From Candidatus Harpocratesius repetitus (GTDB taxonomy: Archaea > Asgardarchaeota > Lokiarchaeia > Sigyniarchaeales > Promethearchaeaceae), in NCBI GenBank assembly GCA_021498095.1, contig JAIZWK010000001.1, positions 2,040,001 to 2,072,000 of the forward strand: DNA of 32,000 nucleotides. Direction: 5' to 3'. Both the position numbers and the translations under genes were made by a program. A model generated the notes under the pieces. It was given only the letters and a program-made list of their open reading frames with translations, made no database searches and was not told where the DNA came from. Position 1 is the first letter of the stretch. The number at the start of each line of letters is the position of its first letter. Of the stretch, positions 16,754 to 25,986 are shown one piece after another.

Positions 16754-19471
16754 CTACTCCGGATATCTAAATAATTCTTTAATCTTTAACTGACTAAATT
16801 TTCGAAATTCTAAATATTGATATAAGGCAATAATGCTCAAGAAGAAAACTGACAAATAAAGTATGTTTTTAACTAAAAAATTAAAAAATGTTAAATTTAT
16901 TCCAGATAATAAAAGAGATGCTAGATTTGCAAAAAGACTTGCTAACATTAAACTCAAAATATATGAAATAATGAAAATTATTCCTTCTATAATCAAACAA
17001 TTTCTTAAAATCTTGCGATGGTTGGTTACCAATCCAAATTTCGCCAGAATAATTGATTTTCGTTTAGATATTGTTGAAACATTAATAAAACCGAAATACA
17101 ATGCTAAAATTCCAAATATTAAAGAAATTTGTAATGTTTGAAATAATAAGCTTGATTGCAATTGTTCAATTCCTATAAATCCTGACATATCAAGAAAATT
17201 TACGCTAAAACTCGAAAATTTATTTGAGATTTCAAGTCCAATTTCATTAACCTGGTTATATTTAACATTTAAAAGAAAAGTTTCTTGATAATTCACATTA
17301 GAAGCATTTAACAGAATCGTTAGTATGTCTTTTGGAATGATACCAAATTCTATATTTTTTGATTGTATCTCTATATTATTCATAGGATATGAAGTTAAAA
17401 CCGGCCAACTTTTAACAAATGCATTTACATCACAAATAAAATATTCATTTTTTCCTTCAGATGAGTTATAATATGGAATAATAAATTGATCTTCAAGATT
17501 ATAACCGATTTCTTTAAATTGATAACTAAGTAATATGGAATTATTTTTCGAAAAAAATAATGAATTCCCTTTTTCTTTAGTTTCGAGTAAATCCAATACT
17601 TTCTTTTCTCCATAGAAATCAATCCAATTTTGATAGTCTATTCCCATAAGGTTGTACTCAACTTTATATATCGAATCATTTACGTTAAAATCCGTATGTA
17701 TTGATATATAGGAAATATAATTCACTAATCCAAGTTTTTCTCGATTAGTTTCTAAGTAACCTCTAAATTCACTTGAATTTTTTGAATCACACGATACAGA
17801 AATCGGAGATCCAAGTTCCCAAATTGTGTTAGTCCTAAATATATTAACAAATACAGTGGATCCAACATTGATTATTATAAAAGAAAATAGTATCAAAGAA
17901 ATAATGAATATTTTTTTATAACTGTATTTATTCCAAAAAGAGAATAATAGGTATGTTTTACTGAGTTTTTTCCCTTTGTTTATCCAGATTTTTTGTAAAA
18001 TTAATTGGAAAACTGATGTAAATAATCTAAGGAACAAAGAAATAACTATGCAACAAGTAATTAATAACCCAATTACTGCCATTAAGGATAAGATTATTAT
18101 TCCATTATCTTGTAAATAAATAAATATAAACAATCCGGTAATTACTAGGAAAATTGAAATTTTTATCGGTCTTTGCATTGAAGAAAAACCAGATTTTAAT
18201 AAATCAAAATCATCGTCATTTTTCAATGATCTATTTATTATAATTTCAGAAATTACCCTCCCCATCAAAAAAATGAAGGTTACGATTGAAATCGATATGA
18301 TATAATATAATATATCAAATTGATAAGGTGCGACAAACAAAAGGTACTGTATTTTCATAAAAACGAATAATATTATTAAAGATATTGTAGCACTACTTAT
18401 TATAATCAGTAAAAATTCTAGGAAAAACAGAAAATTTCGCTCGAACTTGTCTTGACCTCTTAGAAGTTCATTTTGTTCAAAATCTTTATCTACGTTATAA
18501 TACTGTAAAATTAATAGAATCAGATATAGAAATGGAAAAATAAAAATGAAAATTTGAATTATTCTTAAAATTAAAAACGTAATGTTGATAAACGATTCCG
18601 AAGAAAGTATTTTTGCTTCTAAATATGGATTCTCGGCATGAAAATCAATATTTGTGTATGAATTTTCGAAAAATAGCTTAATTTCATTAAAATAAGAAAA
18701 TAGATGTTCCTTTGCATTTTTAGACCAAATTATCCCATTATATTTCTCTAAATTAAATACTTCTTGATAACCAGTAATTTTATATTTAAAACTGGGATTT
18801 ACTATCTTTACTGGGGATAAATCAGTTCCATAAGATTCTAATCGAGTAATAACAACAGAATTCAAATCAGTATATCTTAAAATTGTTTCATTGAAAATGA
18901 AATTAGCAAAAGAATTAGAATAATTTAAAAGATTTTCTGAACATATCTGAGTTGTATTTGTAATATCAAAACTGTAATCATCTATTTTAATATTAAAAGA
19001 AGGATCTTTTGCTGAGAATTTGGTATTATTTTGAGAAATATTCAAGAATAAGTATTGTGTATTATTATGATAATTGTTTATCTTATTGAATATTCCATCA
19101 TCAATGCCAATAAACATAGAATTTGAATTATTAAGTTCGATAAAATTATATAAAAATATTACGCTGTTGGATTCTTCTTGGTTGAAATCAAAGTGATTAT
19201 TGCAAATTTTGTCAATTTTATAATCAAAATTTTGTATAATTTCGCTTGTAAAAGATTCACCTGAAAAAAAGGAAATGTATTGATAACTTTCCTGTTGTGA
19301 ATCAATTTCAAATATAGGTTTGAAAATACTGGCTAATCTATTAGGTGATACAAAAGAATTTAAAGATAAAATAATCGTAAATATAAAGATTAGAATACTT
19401 AAAGAAAATACAATGTTACTTATTTTCTTTTTTTTGGATTTAAGGCGAATATAAATTTGTTGCATTGACAT
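16754..19471 (-). CDS. Large ABC permease, FtsX/MacB-like double-module topology
   Basis: 905 aa arranged as TM, large extracellular domain, TM cluster, second extracellular domain, three C-terminal TMs; tightly coupled to two ATPases. Confidence 0.75.
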   Translation of the reverse strand: MSMQQIYIRLKSKKKKISNIVFSLSILIFIFTIILSLNSFVSPNRLASIFKPIFEIDSQQESYQYISFFSGESFTSEIIQNFDYKIDKICNNHFDFNQEESNSVIFLYNFIELNNSNSMFIGIDDGIFNKINNYHNNTQYLFLNISQNNTKFSAKDPSFNIKIDDYSFDITNTTQICSENLLNYSNSFANFIFNETILRYTDLNSVVITRLESYGTDLSPVKIVNPSFKYKITGYQEVFNLEKYNGIIWSKNAKEHLFSYFNEIKLFFENSYTNIDFHAENPYLEAKILSSESFINITFLILRIIQIFIFIFPFLYLILLILQYYNVDKDFEQNELLRGQDKFERNFLFFLEFLLIIISSATISLIILFVFMKIQYLLFVAPYQFDILYYIISISIVTFIFLMGRVISEIIINRSLKNDDDFDLLKSGFSSMQRPIKISIFLVITGLFIFIYLQDNGIIILSLMAVIGLLITCCIVISLFLRLFTSVFQLILQKIWINKGKKLSKTYLLFSFWNKYSYKKIFIISLILFSFIIINVGSTVFVNIFRTNTIWELGSPISVSCDSKNSSEFRGYLETNREKLGLVNYISYISIHTDFNVNDSIYKVEYNLMGIDYQNWIDFYGEKKVLDLLETKEKGNSLFFSKNNSILLSYQFKEIGYNLEDQFIIPYYNSSEGKNEYFICDVNAFVKSWPVLTSYPMNNIEIQSKNIEFGIIPKDILTILLNASNVNYQETFLLNVKYNQVNEIGLEISNKFSSFSVNFLDMSGFIGIEQLQSSLLFQTLQISLIFGILALYFGFINVSTISKRKSIILAKFGLVTNHRKILRNCLIIEGIIFIISYILSLMLASLFANLASLLLSGINLTFFNFLVKNILYLSVFFLSIIALYQYLEFRKFSQLKIKELFRYPE

Positions 19472-19473
19472 TT

Positions 19474-20241
19474 TTAATCAAATAACCGATTTTTTTTTGT
19501 AAATTGAGTGAAAATTATGATCCAACCAATAACACTTCCAGCAATAAGTATCGGAATAAGTAGCTTAGTATAATTTTCATTTTGGTGATTTGAGGTATTA
19601 TCATAACTTTGAATTTGACGAATCCCAAGATATGCTTCTTCGAAATTCCATGAATTGAGATATTTTGAATTAAATTCAGTATTAATTATTTTTATTCTAA
19701 TAGACTCAGTTAAGTTTGTCCTGCAATTCACGATAACTTCTTCAACAAGTTTATTTTGATGAGCATGATATTCGTAGTACTTCAGATGTATCGGGTCGTA
19801 TTTAATGATTATAGAATTATTTGCAAATTGCTGTTGTCTATAAGAACTAAACTCAATATAATCATTAAAATTTGAAAGATTCCAATATAAGTAATTTGAT
19901 ATATTCACTTTTCCTAAGGATATATAACTTATTTCACCATATCCATTAGTTAATATTATTTCCATTATGTCGGAAATCGATTGAGAAGTTGTTGATACTA
20001 ATTGAATTCTAGGAAAGATATTATTATAATCATTGTTTAAAATTAAGCCGTTTGAGTAAAATGTGACGTTTAAATTTTGAAATAAACTTAAAGTAGAACC
20101 TTGAAGTTCATTTGAGGCATCACCTGAAATATCTACTTCATAGACATTTTGTTCTGAATCTTGTGCAACACTTATTGCTGTGAAATTTAGAAAAAATATT
20201 AATAGAAATAAGATAAAAAACGTGAACTTTTTTTCCATCAT
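19474..20241 (-). CDS. Secreted protein with C-terminal membrane anchor, unknown function
   Basis: Signal peptide ending SVA-QD; C-terminal LLIPILIAGSVIGWIIIF followed by TKKNR. Confidence 0.75.
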   Translation of the reverse strand: MMEKKFTFFILFLLIFFLNFTAISVAQDSEQNVYEVDISGDASNELQGSTLSLFQNLNVTFYSNGLILNNDYNNIFPRIQLVSTTSQSISDIMEIILTNGYGEISYISLGKVNISNYLYWNLSNFNDYIEFSSYRQQQFANNSIIIKYDPIHLKYYEYHAHQNKLVEEVIVNCRTNLTESIRIKIINTEFNSKYLNSWNFEEAYLGIRQIQSYDNTSNHQNENYTKLLIPILIAGSVIGWIIIFTQFTKKNRLFD

Positions 20242-20265
20242 GATGAATTCCTATTTATCAATAAA

Positions 20266-20823
20266 TTAATACAACACTATTCTATATCGAATTGTTAAGG
20301 CACCACTATAACCATCGAAATAATATTCATGTGTATACCAGATACCGTAGTTATTACTACCACCAAATGAAACATACCTCCAATAGTAACTATACCAAGT
20401 TCTTAATTTTAAATACACCCGAAGTTCATAACCAGTTTCTGATAAATCAGGAGCATAGCAATAATCAGATTTGTAGTTACTATTTTCACCAAAGATTATT
20501 GAACCAACTCCATTAGTTGTTCCACCTCTAAAAGATGCAATTTTATTATAGTCTAATTTATCAATTCCATCATCGTAATTAGAATCAGAAGTGAACACCT
20601 TTCCATAACTTCCAAAAATTCTTTCAAATTGAACTGCTACATCCAAATAGTAGTGTTTATTTTCGAGCTGGTCAGATACTTTCACCCAATCAATTTCAAA
20701 CGCGACTTTTTTCATATCTCTTTCGATGACAGCATTAGCGCTATTCATTATAAATATTGGAAATAATGACGAAATTAAGCAAAGAACTATTAATTTTCTA
20801 ATCTTTTTGTTCATTTTATTCAC
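20266..20823 (-). CDS. Secreted Tyr/Gly-rich protein, paralog of 20875-21429
   Basis: Signal peptide ending SANA; shares IDWxKVxDQ, RIxGSYG and CYAPDLSExGYEL with its neighbour. Confidence 0.8.
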   Translation of the reverse strand: MNKMNKKIRKLIVLCLISSLFPIFIMNSANAVIERDMKKVAFEIDWVKVSDQLENKHYYLDVAVQFERIFGSYGKVFTSDSNYDDGIDKLDYNKIASFRGGTTNGVGSIIFGENSNYKSDYCYAPDLSETGYELRVYLKLRTWYSYYWRYVSFGGSNNYGIWYTHEYYFDGYSGALTIRYRIVLY

Positions 20824-20874
20824 TTTTTTTTATCAAATAAAAAAATAATAATCTATAAAAATGCTTCTTTAATC

Positions 20875-21429
20875 TTATTCAGTTATAACTTTATATCTTA
20901 TTTGTATTGATCCAGAAAAATTTGGAAATGAATATGTATATCTATACCAAGTATTATATTCAATTACACCTCCGAAGTAATGATAATCAATATCAGTTTT
21001 TATTGGATAAATTGACTCAATACGACCGTGTACCTTTAATTCATACCCTGCTTCAGATAAATCAGGAGCATAGCAAACATCAGAATAATAATCTGAATAA
21101 CTACCAAATATTATTGTATTAATTGGTGAAGATGCGCCATTGAATGAACAAATATAATCATAGTCTAAAAAAAATAAATGTGCTGAATAATCTATATCAT
21201 TTGAATATTTTTCACCATAGGAACCATAAATTCGAGCAAATGATACTGAAAAAGACATTTTGTAATTATATCCATAGAATTGATCTGTAACCTTAATCCA
21301 ATCAATAACAAATCTCGTTTTTTTTAAGTTGGTTTGATCAATCGCAGATGTTCTATCAATGCTAATAGCAGGGATTATTGTTAGAGAAAAAATCGTGATT
21401 AAAATTAACCATTTATTAATTCTTCTCAT
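20875..21429 (-). CDS. Secreted Tyr/Gly-rich protein, paralog of 20266-20823
   Basis: Signal peptide ending RTSA; same conserved blocks; no TM anchor. Confidence 0.8.
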   Translation of the reverse strand: MRRINKWLILITIFSLTIIPAISIDRTSAIDQTNLKKTRFVIDWIKVTDQFYGYNYKMSFSVSFARIYGSYGEKYSNDIDYSAHLFFLDYDYICSFNGASSPINTIIFGSYSDYYSDVCYAPDLSEAGYELKVHGRIESIYPIKTDIDYHYFGGVIEYNTWYRYTYSFPNFSGSIQIRYKVITE

Positions 21430-21498
21430 GAAACAAAATTTTGTGATGATATCTTTAAATTTTATAGTACATTTTTTTTTAAGAGTATTATTTATGAG

Positions 21499-21660
21499 TT
21501 AAATTAAATCGAATACAAATTCTGTTAGGACTAGAACCCGATTAAAGACCGTCCACGCATTTAAAGGATATCTTCCAAAAGCAATATGCATTGATGGGAT
21601 ATTTTGAATCTCAGCTGAAAAATCTCCCTTTTAATATCCACTAATCAAAATAGCAATATT
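21499..21660 (-). pseudogene. Divergent nep1 3'-end fragment (54 codons, one internal TAA)
   Basis: NIAILISGY*KGDFSAEIQNIPSMHIAFGRYPLNAWTVFNRVLVLTEFVFDLI* has 25/53 aa identical to the Nep1 C-terminus, gap-free, with the same stop position. Confidence 0.88.
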
Positions 21661-21695
21661 GTCGGTTGAATTTTTATTTATCCTTTTTCTATTCT

Positions 21696-22379
21696 CTAAA
21701 TTAGATCTAATGCGATTTCCGAGAGTACAAGCATATGGTTTACTACAGTCCATGAATTCAACGTGTGATTTCCCCATGAAATTGGGGTTGCTGAGAGCCT
21801 TTGGATTTCTGTAGAAAAATTCCCTTTTTGGAAACCTCCGATTAAAAAAACCACATCTTGAGATATTTTCACAAATTTTCCAATTAGTTCTTGAATCTCA
21901 TTAAAAGATTTGCTCGGTCCTTTTTCAGTTAAAAGGAAGACTCTATCTGAAGAAAAATTCGAGGAAATCCAGTTATTGAATGAATCTTTATGTTGTGAAA
22001 TCAAATAAGGTTTCTTAGGAGGAATATGTCCTAATTCTAGCAGCTGAGCAATCAAACCTTTGAATCGCAGATAGTCTCTTGGACAACGCATAGCAGAATC
22101 TATTAAGAAAAATCCAGAAGGACACTGAAAATGGAGTTGTAAATTTCCATGTATATTTAAAGGAGATCCTAAACAATCAAGAAGAAAGTGATGTAAAATA
22201 TCTGGTCGACCTCTTTTTTGTGCATCAGGTAACTGATTCATGGTAGAATGATGCAGAGCGACATCTAATAATAGAGCTGCTTTTCCCAATTTTTGATGAT
22301 TTCGATAGAAGCTAGGTGTTTTTCTTAAATTTTTTGGAACTAATTCGATAGCAGTGTCTACAAGGATAAAATGAATCAT
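21696..22379 (-). CDS. nep1: Nep1/Emg1 rRNA small-subunit pseudouridine N1-methyltransferase (SPOUT)
   Basis: KRGRPDILHHFLL, SPLN, RCPRDYLRFKGLIAQLL, LIGGFQKGNF. Confidence 0.93.
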   Translation of the reverse strand: MIHFILVDTAIELVPKNLRKTPSFYRNHQKLGKAALLLDVALHHSTMNQLPDAQKRGRPDILHHFLLDCLGSPLNIHGNLQLHFQCPSGFFLIDSAMRCPRDYLRFKGLIAQLLELGHIPPKKPYLISQHKDSFNNWISSNFSSDRVFLLTEKGPSKSFNEIQELIGKFVKISQDVVFLIGGFQKGNFSTEIQRLSATPISWGNHTLNSWTVVNHMLVLSEIALDLI

Positions 22380-22397
22380 TTCAGGATTTCACTCTTG

Positions 22398-22441
22398 GAA
22401 TTTAATTGGTAATAGGATTTAATTGGTAATAGAATTTAATT
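22398..22441. repeat. 17-bp tandem repeat, about 2.6 copies, across the rnp4 stop and rnp4-nep1 spacer
   Basis: gaatttaattggtaata ggatttaattggtaata gaatttaatt. Confidence 0.8.
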
Positions 22442-22868
22442 TATTTCCAGATTTTTTAGAGTTTTTTGAATTTTGACTTTTTATATCTTTTCCATTGATC
22501 CAGCGAAGATTGCGACAAGCGGGGCCCTTAAATAAATAACGGGTTGTATGACCGCAATCTAAACAAGTTACAGTTAAGTAACTGGCATAATTCTTAATAT
22601 GCCCTATCCTATATCGAACATTGTAACCAATTCGTAACCAATGTTTACAAGAATGACACACTTTATGATGATATTCAAGAGGGAATCTTATTTTAGTTGC
22701 CATAGCTAGTTTTCTGGCAAGTTGAATATACCGATGAGCTAACATAGAATTTTCAGGGAAAATTTCATCTGCCATTTTGACCAATTCATGAATTCGTTCA
22801 AGAGCGGCTTGTTTCATAAGTTTCTGCCGTTTCATGCGCTTAGAATAAAAGCGTTTAGATTTTCCCAT
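22419..22868 (-). CDS. rnp4: Ribonuclease P protein component 4 (Rpp21/Rpr2)
   Basis: ALERIHEL, RYIQLARKLAM, zinc ribbon CHSC...VTCLDCGHTTRY. Confidence 0.92.
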   Translation of the reverse strand: MGKSKRFYSKRMKRQKLMKQAALERIHELVKMADEIFPENSMLAHRYIQLARKLAMATKIRFPLEYHHKVCHSCKHWLRIGYNVRYRIGHIKNYASYLTVTCLDCGHTTRYLFKGPACRNLRWINGKDIKSQNSKNSKKSGNKLNSITN

Positions 22869-22889
22869 TATTAATTATCTCCAAAAAGG

Positions 22890-23642
22890 TTAAGATTTTC
22901 TATTATTTGAATGGGATCCTTTTTTTGAACGTGATTGAGGTCGTTTGGAACGATTGTCACCAAATTTTCGCATATTCTTTCGAAGTGGATTTTTATTATT
23001 AGGTCTATTTTGATTTTGCCCTTTTCGAGAGGATTTTTGAGAGAATTTTGGAGAAGATTTTGGAGAAGATTTTTTGTAAGACTTTTTTATTACATGTTGA
23101 ACCTTTTCTGGCTTAATTTGTGAAATCAAAGGTGATTTAGGTTGCGCTGAAGTATCTATTGATGCATTTCCATAAATTTCATCACTGGCTGCATCTATTT
23201 GCGCAAGAAGTTCTTCATCATCATAATCAATAAATTCAGGTTCTTCCGGTTCATCATTATCATTGTTTTCATCAGATTTATATGCTTTTTCTTCATTTTT
23301 TGGTTCTTTATCATGATTTGAATCTAGTTTTTCTTGTTTTACATGTTGTTTTCGCATTATTCGGTATTTCTTAGGTATTTGCACACCATGGACTGCCCGT
23401 TTAGATATAACAGCGGTAAATCCTCGAACATCTAAAACATAAATTCCCAGTTGTTGAATAAGATATTCTAAAAAGTAATCCACTCCGTATGTGTGGGCAA
23501 TATCCTTTAGAATTTTGATTTTTAACAACTTATTCGTTTTAAAAAGCTCTGTGATATGAATAAGCATGTTTGGGGTAATTCCATTTTTTCCGATAATAAC
23601 GTGTGCCCGATTTTGTAAGGTGGTTTGAAATTCTTCGTTCAT
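22890..23642 (-). CDS. yhbY: YhbY/CRM-domain RNA-binding protein with a long low-complexity C-terminal extension
   Basis: VIIGKNGIT and LLKIKIL CRM motifs in the first ~90 aa, adjacent to rnp4; then acidic and K/S/R/N-rich tails. Confidence 0.82.
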   Translation of the reverse strand: MNEEFQTTLQNRAHVIIGKNGITPNMLIHITELFKTNKLLKIKILKDIAHTYGVDYFLEYLIQQLGIYVLDVRGFTAVISKRAVHGVQIPKKYRIMRKQHVKQEKLDSNHDKEPKNEEKAYKSDENNDNDEPEEPEFIDYDDEELLAQIDAASDEIYGNASIDTSAQPKSPLISQIKPEKVQHVIKKSYKKSSPKSSPKFSQKSSRKGQNQNRPNNKNPLRKNMRKFGDNRSKRPQSRSKKGSHSNNRKS

Positions 23643-23712
23643 TACTCGTCATTAAATTCTATGAAGCATGATGGATAAATTTTTGGAGTAAAAGATAAAA
23701 ATAAGGAAATTG

Positions 23713-25305
23713 GGCTATTTTTAATAACGAAGGATCAATTCACTGACATATCGGTTTGATTTTTTTTGCCCCAATTTTCGTTTAATTGAAATAGTCGTTT
23801 AATTCCTGAATTATTCCACTCATTAAAGAGAATTTTTGGGCTAAATAGGTGCGGAACAATGGTAATTCCTAAGATTTCTGGGTTATTTCGATAAATAATA
23901 TATGCCCGAAGTCGCTGTTCTAAAACCTCAGGTGTTTTAGGACCTGTTAAATGCACACGAGTCTCAATCACACTATTTATATTCTCCGCTAGATTATTTG
24001 ATATAGACTTGTGCCAAAATAAGTCTTGTGTTTCCCTAATAGCAGCTGCAACTGCGGGAAGCACATCTTTTGCCAGTTTGAGAGTTTTATGAAAAAGGTC
24101 AATTTTTGCATATCCCCGTTTTCCTCTGTCAAAAACTTTAAAAAGTCCTTTCCGCCTCCGCTTCATTTTTGGTTTTGGATTTTTTCTTTGTTTTCCTTGC
24201 CCGTTTTTCACTCCTTTTGGTCTTCCCCGTTTTTTTGATATTGACACACTCAAATCATCTTCATTCACTAGGTAAAAGTATTCTTTCTTCCCCCATTTTT
24301 TAAAAAAATCGGTTTTAACACCTATTTTGGTAGTTATTCGCTTTTTCTTTTCATAGTCTATATGCCAAATAACGGCTTTATCATAGGGTTTTTTATGTTT
24401 ATGAATTACTAAGGTAATATTACGCATCAAATTCTTGCTCATTGTTTGTGTAGCACCCCATGCATCGGCAGTAACTATTTTTATCGGCAATTTTATATTT
24501 CGATTCGCTTCCTCAAAAACTTCACGGATGTCTTTTTCGTTCCTCGTTTTTGAAACCTTTATTCCGAGGATTTTATGAGTAGTATAACCCGTGAACATGA
24601 TAATATAAAACGGTACACCGTTTATCCGAATGAAAGTTTCATCTGCTGCAACCGCAGTATCATTCGTTAATTCTACAACCAGATTTTTCAATCCTTGCAG
24701 ATCTGAAATTGTTTTCTCAATCTTAGAACGCAAATAGCAGATAAGGGCATCGGAAACCCCATATTTTTCAGCTATTGCACTCTGACTGATTTTTCCTTTC
24801 ATGATTTCTTTTGTCATCTTTCCGAGCATGCAGTCAAGCACTTCTTTGACACCTCCAGATGTAGTCAAGGCAAATTGTCGGGCAGTATTGTGCGTTTTAT
24901 TGAATAAGCATGCAGGATTTTTACACTGATAATATTGAACTCTTCTACCTTTCCGTTTATGAGTGCCACATGGTCCAACGACAGCGGAACGACATTCTGG
25001 GCACAAAACAGGTATTATTTCCAGTAATTCCTCCCTTCTATCTTCGATATTGATGTACAATGGCTCGAATAATGGAGGATATTCTTTTTTAGGGCGTCCT
25101 ACCATAGGATAACACATGATTAATGTGATTTAAACATTTCCAAAATATCGGTTTACGAACTGACTTGAAATAGATGCTTAAGGTAGTGTACGCTTTGCTC
25201 ATAAATTTCAACTAAGTTGCCAAAAATAAATATTTGAAAGATAATTTGGAAATAATTTAAAAAATATGGCTTCTCTTAATTGATCCTTTATCCTTAAAAA
25301 TAGTC
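23713..25305 (-). mobile_element. Complete 1593-bp insertion sequence, IS6-like
   Basis: TIRs GGCTATTTTTAATAACGAAGGATCAATT and GACTATTTTTAAGGATAAAGGATCAATT (23/28 match); 8-bp TSD GGAAATTG at 23705-23712 and 25306-25313. Confidence 0.93.
23735..25117 (-). CDS. DDE transposase with N-terminal Zn ribbon and HTH
   Basis: CPEC...YYQCKNPAC ribbon; AADETFI, VTADAWG and SNNLAENIN catalytic segments resemble IS6/IS1-type DDE enzymes. Confidence 0.88.
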   Translation of the reverse strand: MCYPMVGRPKKEYPPLFEPLYINIEDRREELLEIIPVLCPECRSAVVGPCGTHKRKGRRVQYYQCKNPACLFNKTHNTARQFALTTSGGVKEVLDCMLGKMTKEIMKGKISQSAIAEKYGVSDALICYLRSKIEKTISDLQGLKNLVVELTNDTAVAADETFIRINGVPFYIIMFTGYTTHKILGIKVSKTRNEKDIREVFEEANRNIKLPIKIVTADAWGATQTMSKNLMRNITLVIHKHKKPYDKAVIWHIDYEKKKRITTKIGVKTDFFKKWGKKEYFYLVNEDDLSVSISKKRGRPKGVKNGQGKQRKNPKPKMKRRRKGLFKVFDRGKRGYAKIDLFHKTLKLAKDVLPAVAAAIRETQDLFWHKSISNNLAENINSVIETRVHLTGPKTPEVLEQRLRAYIIYRNNPEILGITIVPHLFSPKILFNEWNNSGIKRLFQLNENWGKKNQTDMSVN

Positions 25306-25405
25306 GGAAATTGTTAAAATTTTCTTTGTTTTCTGCCTTTCTTTAGAATTTTAAAAGTATTATGATTTTATTGTAGGGCTTTTGTAATATTGTATTTTTG
25401 TAATT

Positions 25406-25888
25406 TTAATTTTTAGGTTGTTGACCAAACCAATTTTCAAATTTATCCAACCACTGATTGATTATTAATCGAAATCGATCAAAAGTAGGTTTAATAAGAG
25501 AATAGTGGATGAAATTTCCTTTTTTCCAACCTTGAATTAATCCTGCTAGTTCCAATTTCTTTAAGTCCCTCGAAACTGCTGGTTGAGATTTTTGTAATAA
25601 TGCTTCGAACTCACAAGAGCACATATCAGATTTTGATAAAGCTTCTAGAATCATTAATCGATCAAAATTCGAGAGCACATCAAAAATCGAGCGAATTTTT
25701 TGTAAATCTGGATTTTTCCTTATCTGTTCAGATTTTCTTTGAAGATTTCGATAATGAGAAATCGAATCCTTAATATCGCCACAATTTCCTAGAATATTGC
25801 AAATTCTTATTTCAAATGGTGTCAATTCATCTGAATCTGGAGGGGAAATATCCTTCGTGGGCATTGTATTATTTTGATAAAATATCAA
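25406..25888 (-). CDS. arsR: ArsR/SmtB family repressor
   Basis: DMCSCEF alpha3 Cys site, SQPAVSRDLKKLELAGLI HTH, RKGxxxxY-like wing; divergent from acr3. Confidence 0.9.
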   Translation of the reverse strand: MIFYQNNTMPTKDISPPDSDELTPFEIRICNILGNCGDIKDSISHYRNLQRKSEQIRKNPDLQKIRSIFDVLSNFDRLMILEALSKSDMCSCEFEALLQKSQPAVSRDLKKLELAGLIQGWKKGNFIHYSLIKPTFDRFRLIINQWLDKFENWFGQQPKN

Positions 25889-25986
25889 AATTACTTATAA
25901 ATATTATGTTCACGAATATATATAACAATTCTTAAATATTAATAACAATTATTGAATACACATAATCATACTATTTTTTTGAAAGT

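Noticed and set aside
11988-21660. TAA stop-codon reassignment to explain in-frame TAA in fragments
   Set aside because: TAA terminates many clearly intact genes in the window; the internal stops fit AT-biased decay.
25889-25986. ArsR operator in the arsR-acr3 spacer
   Set aside because: Only weak AT-rich direct repeats (ATAACAATT twice); no convincing palindrome could be defined.
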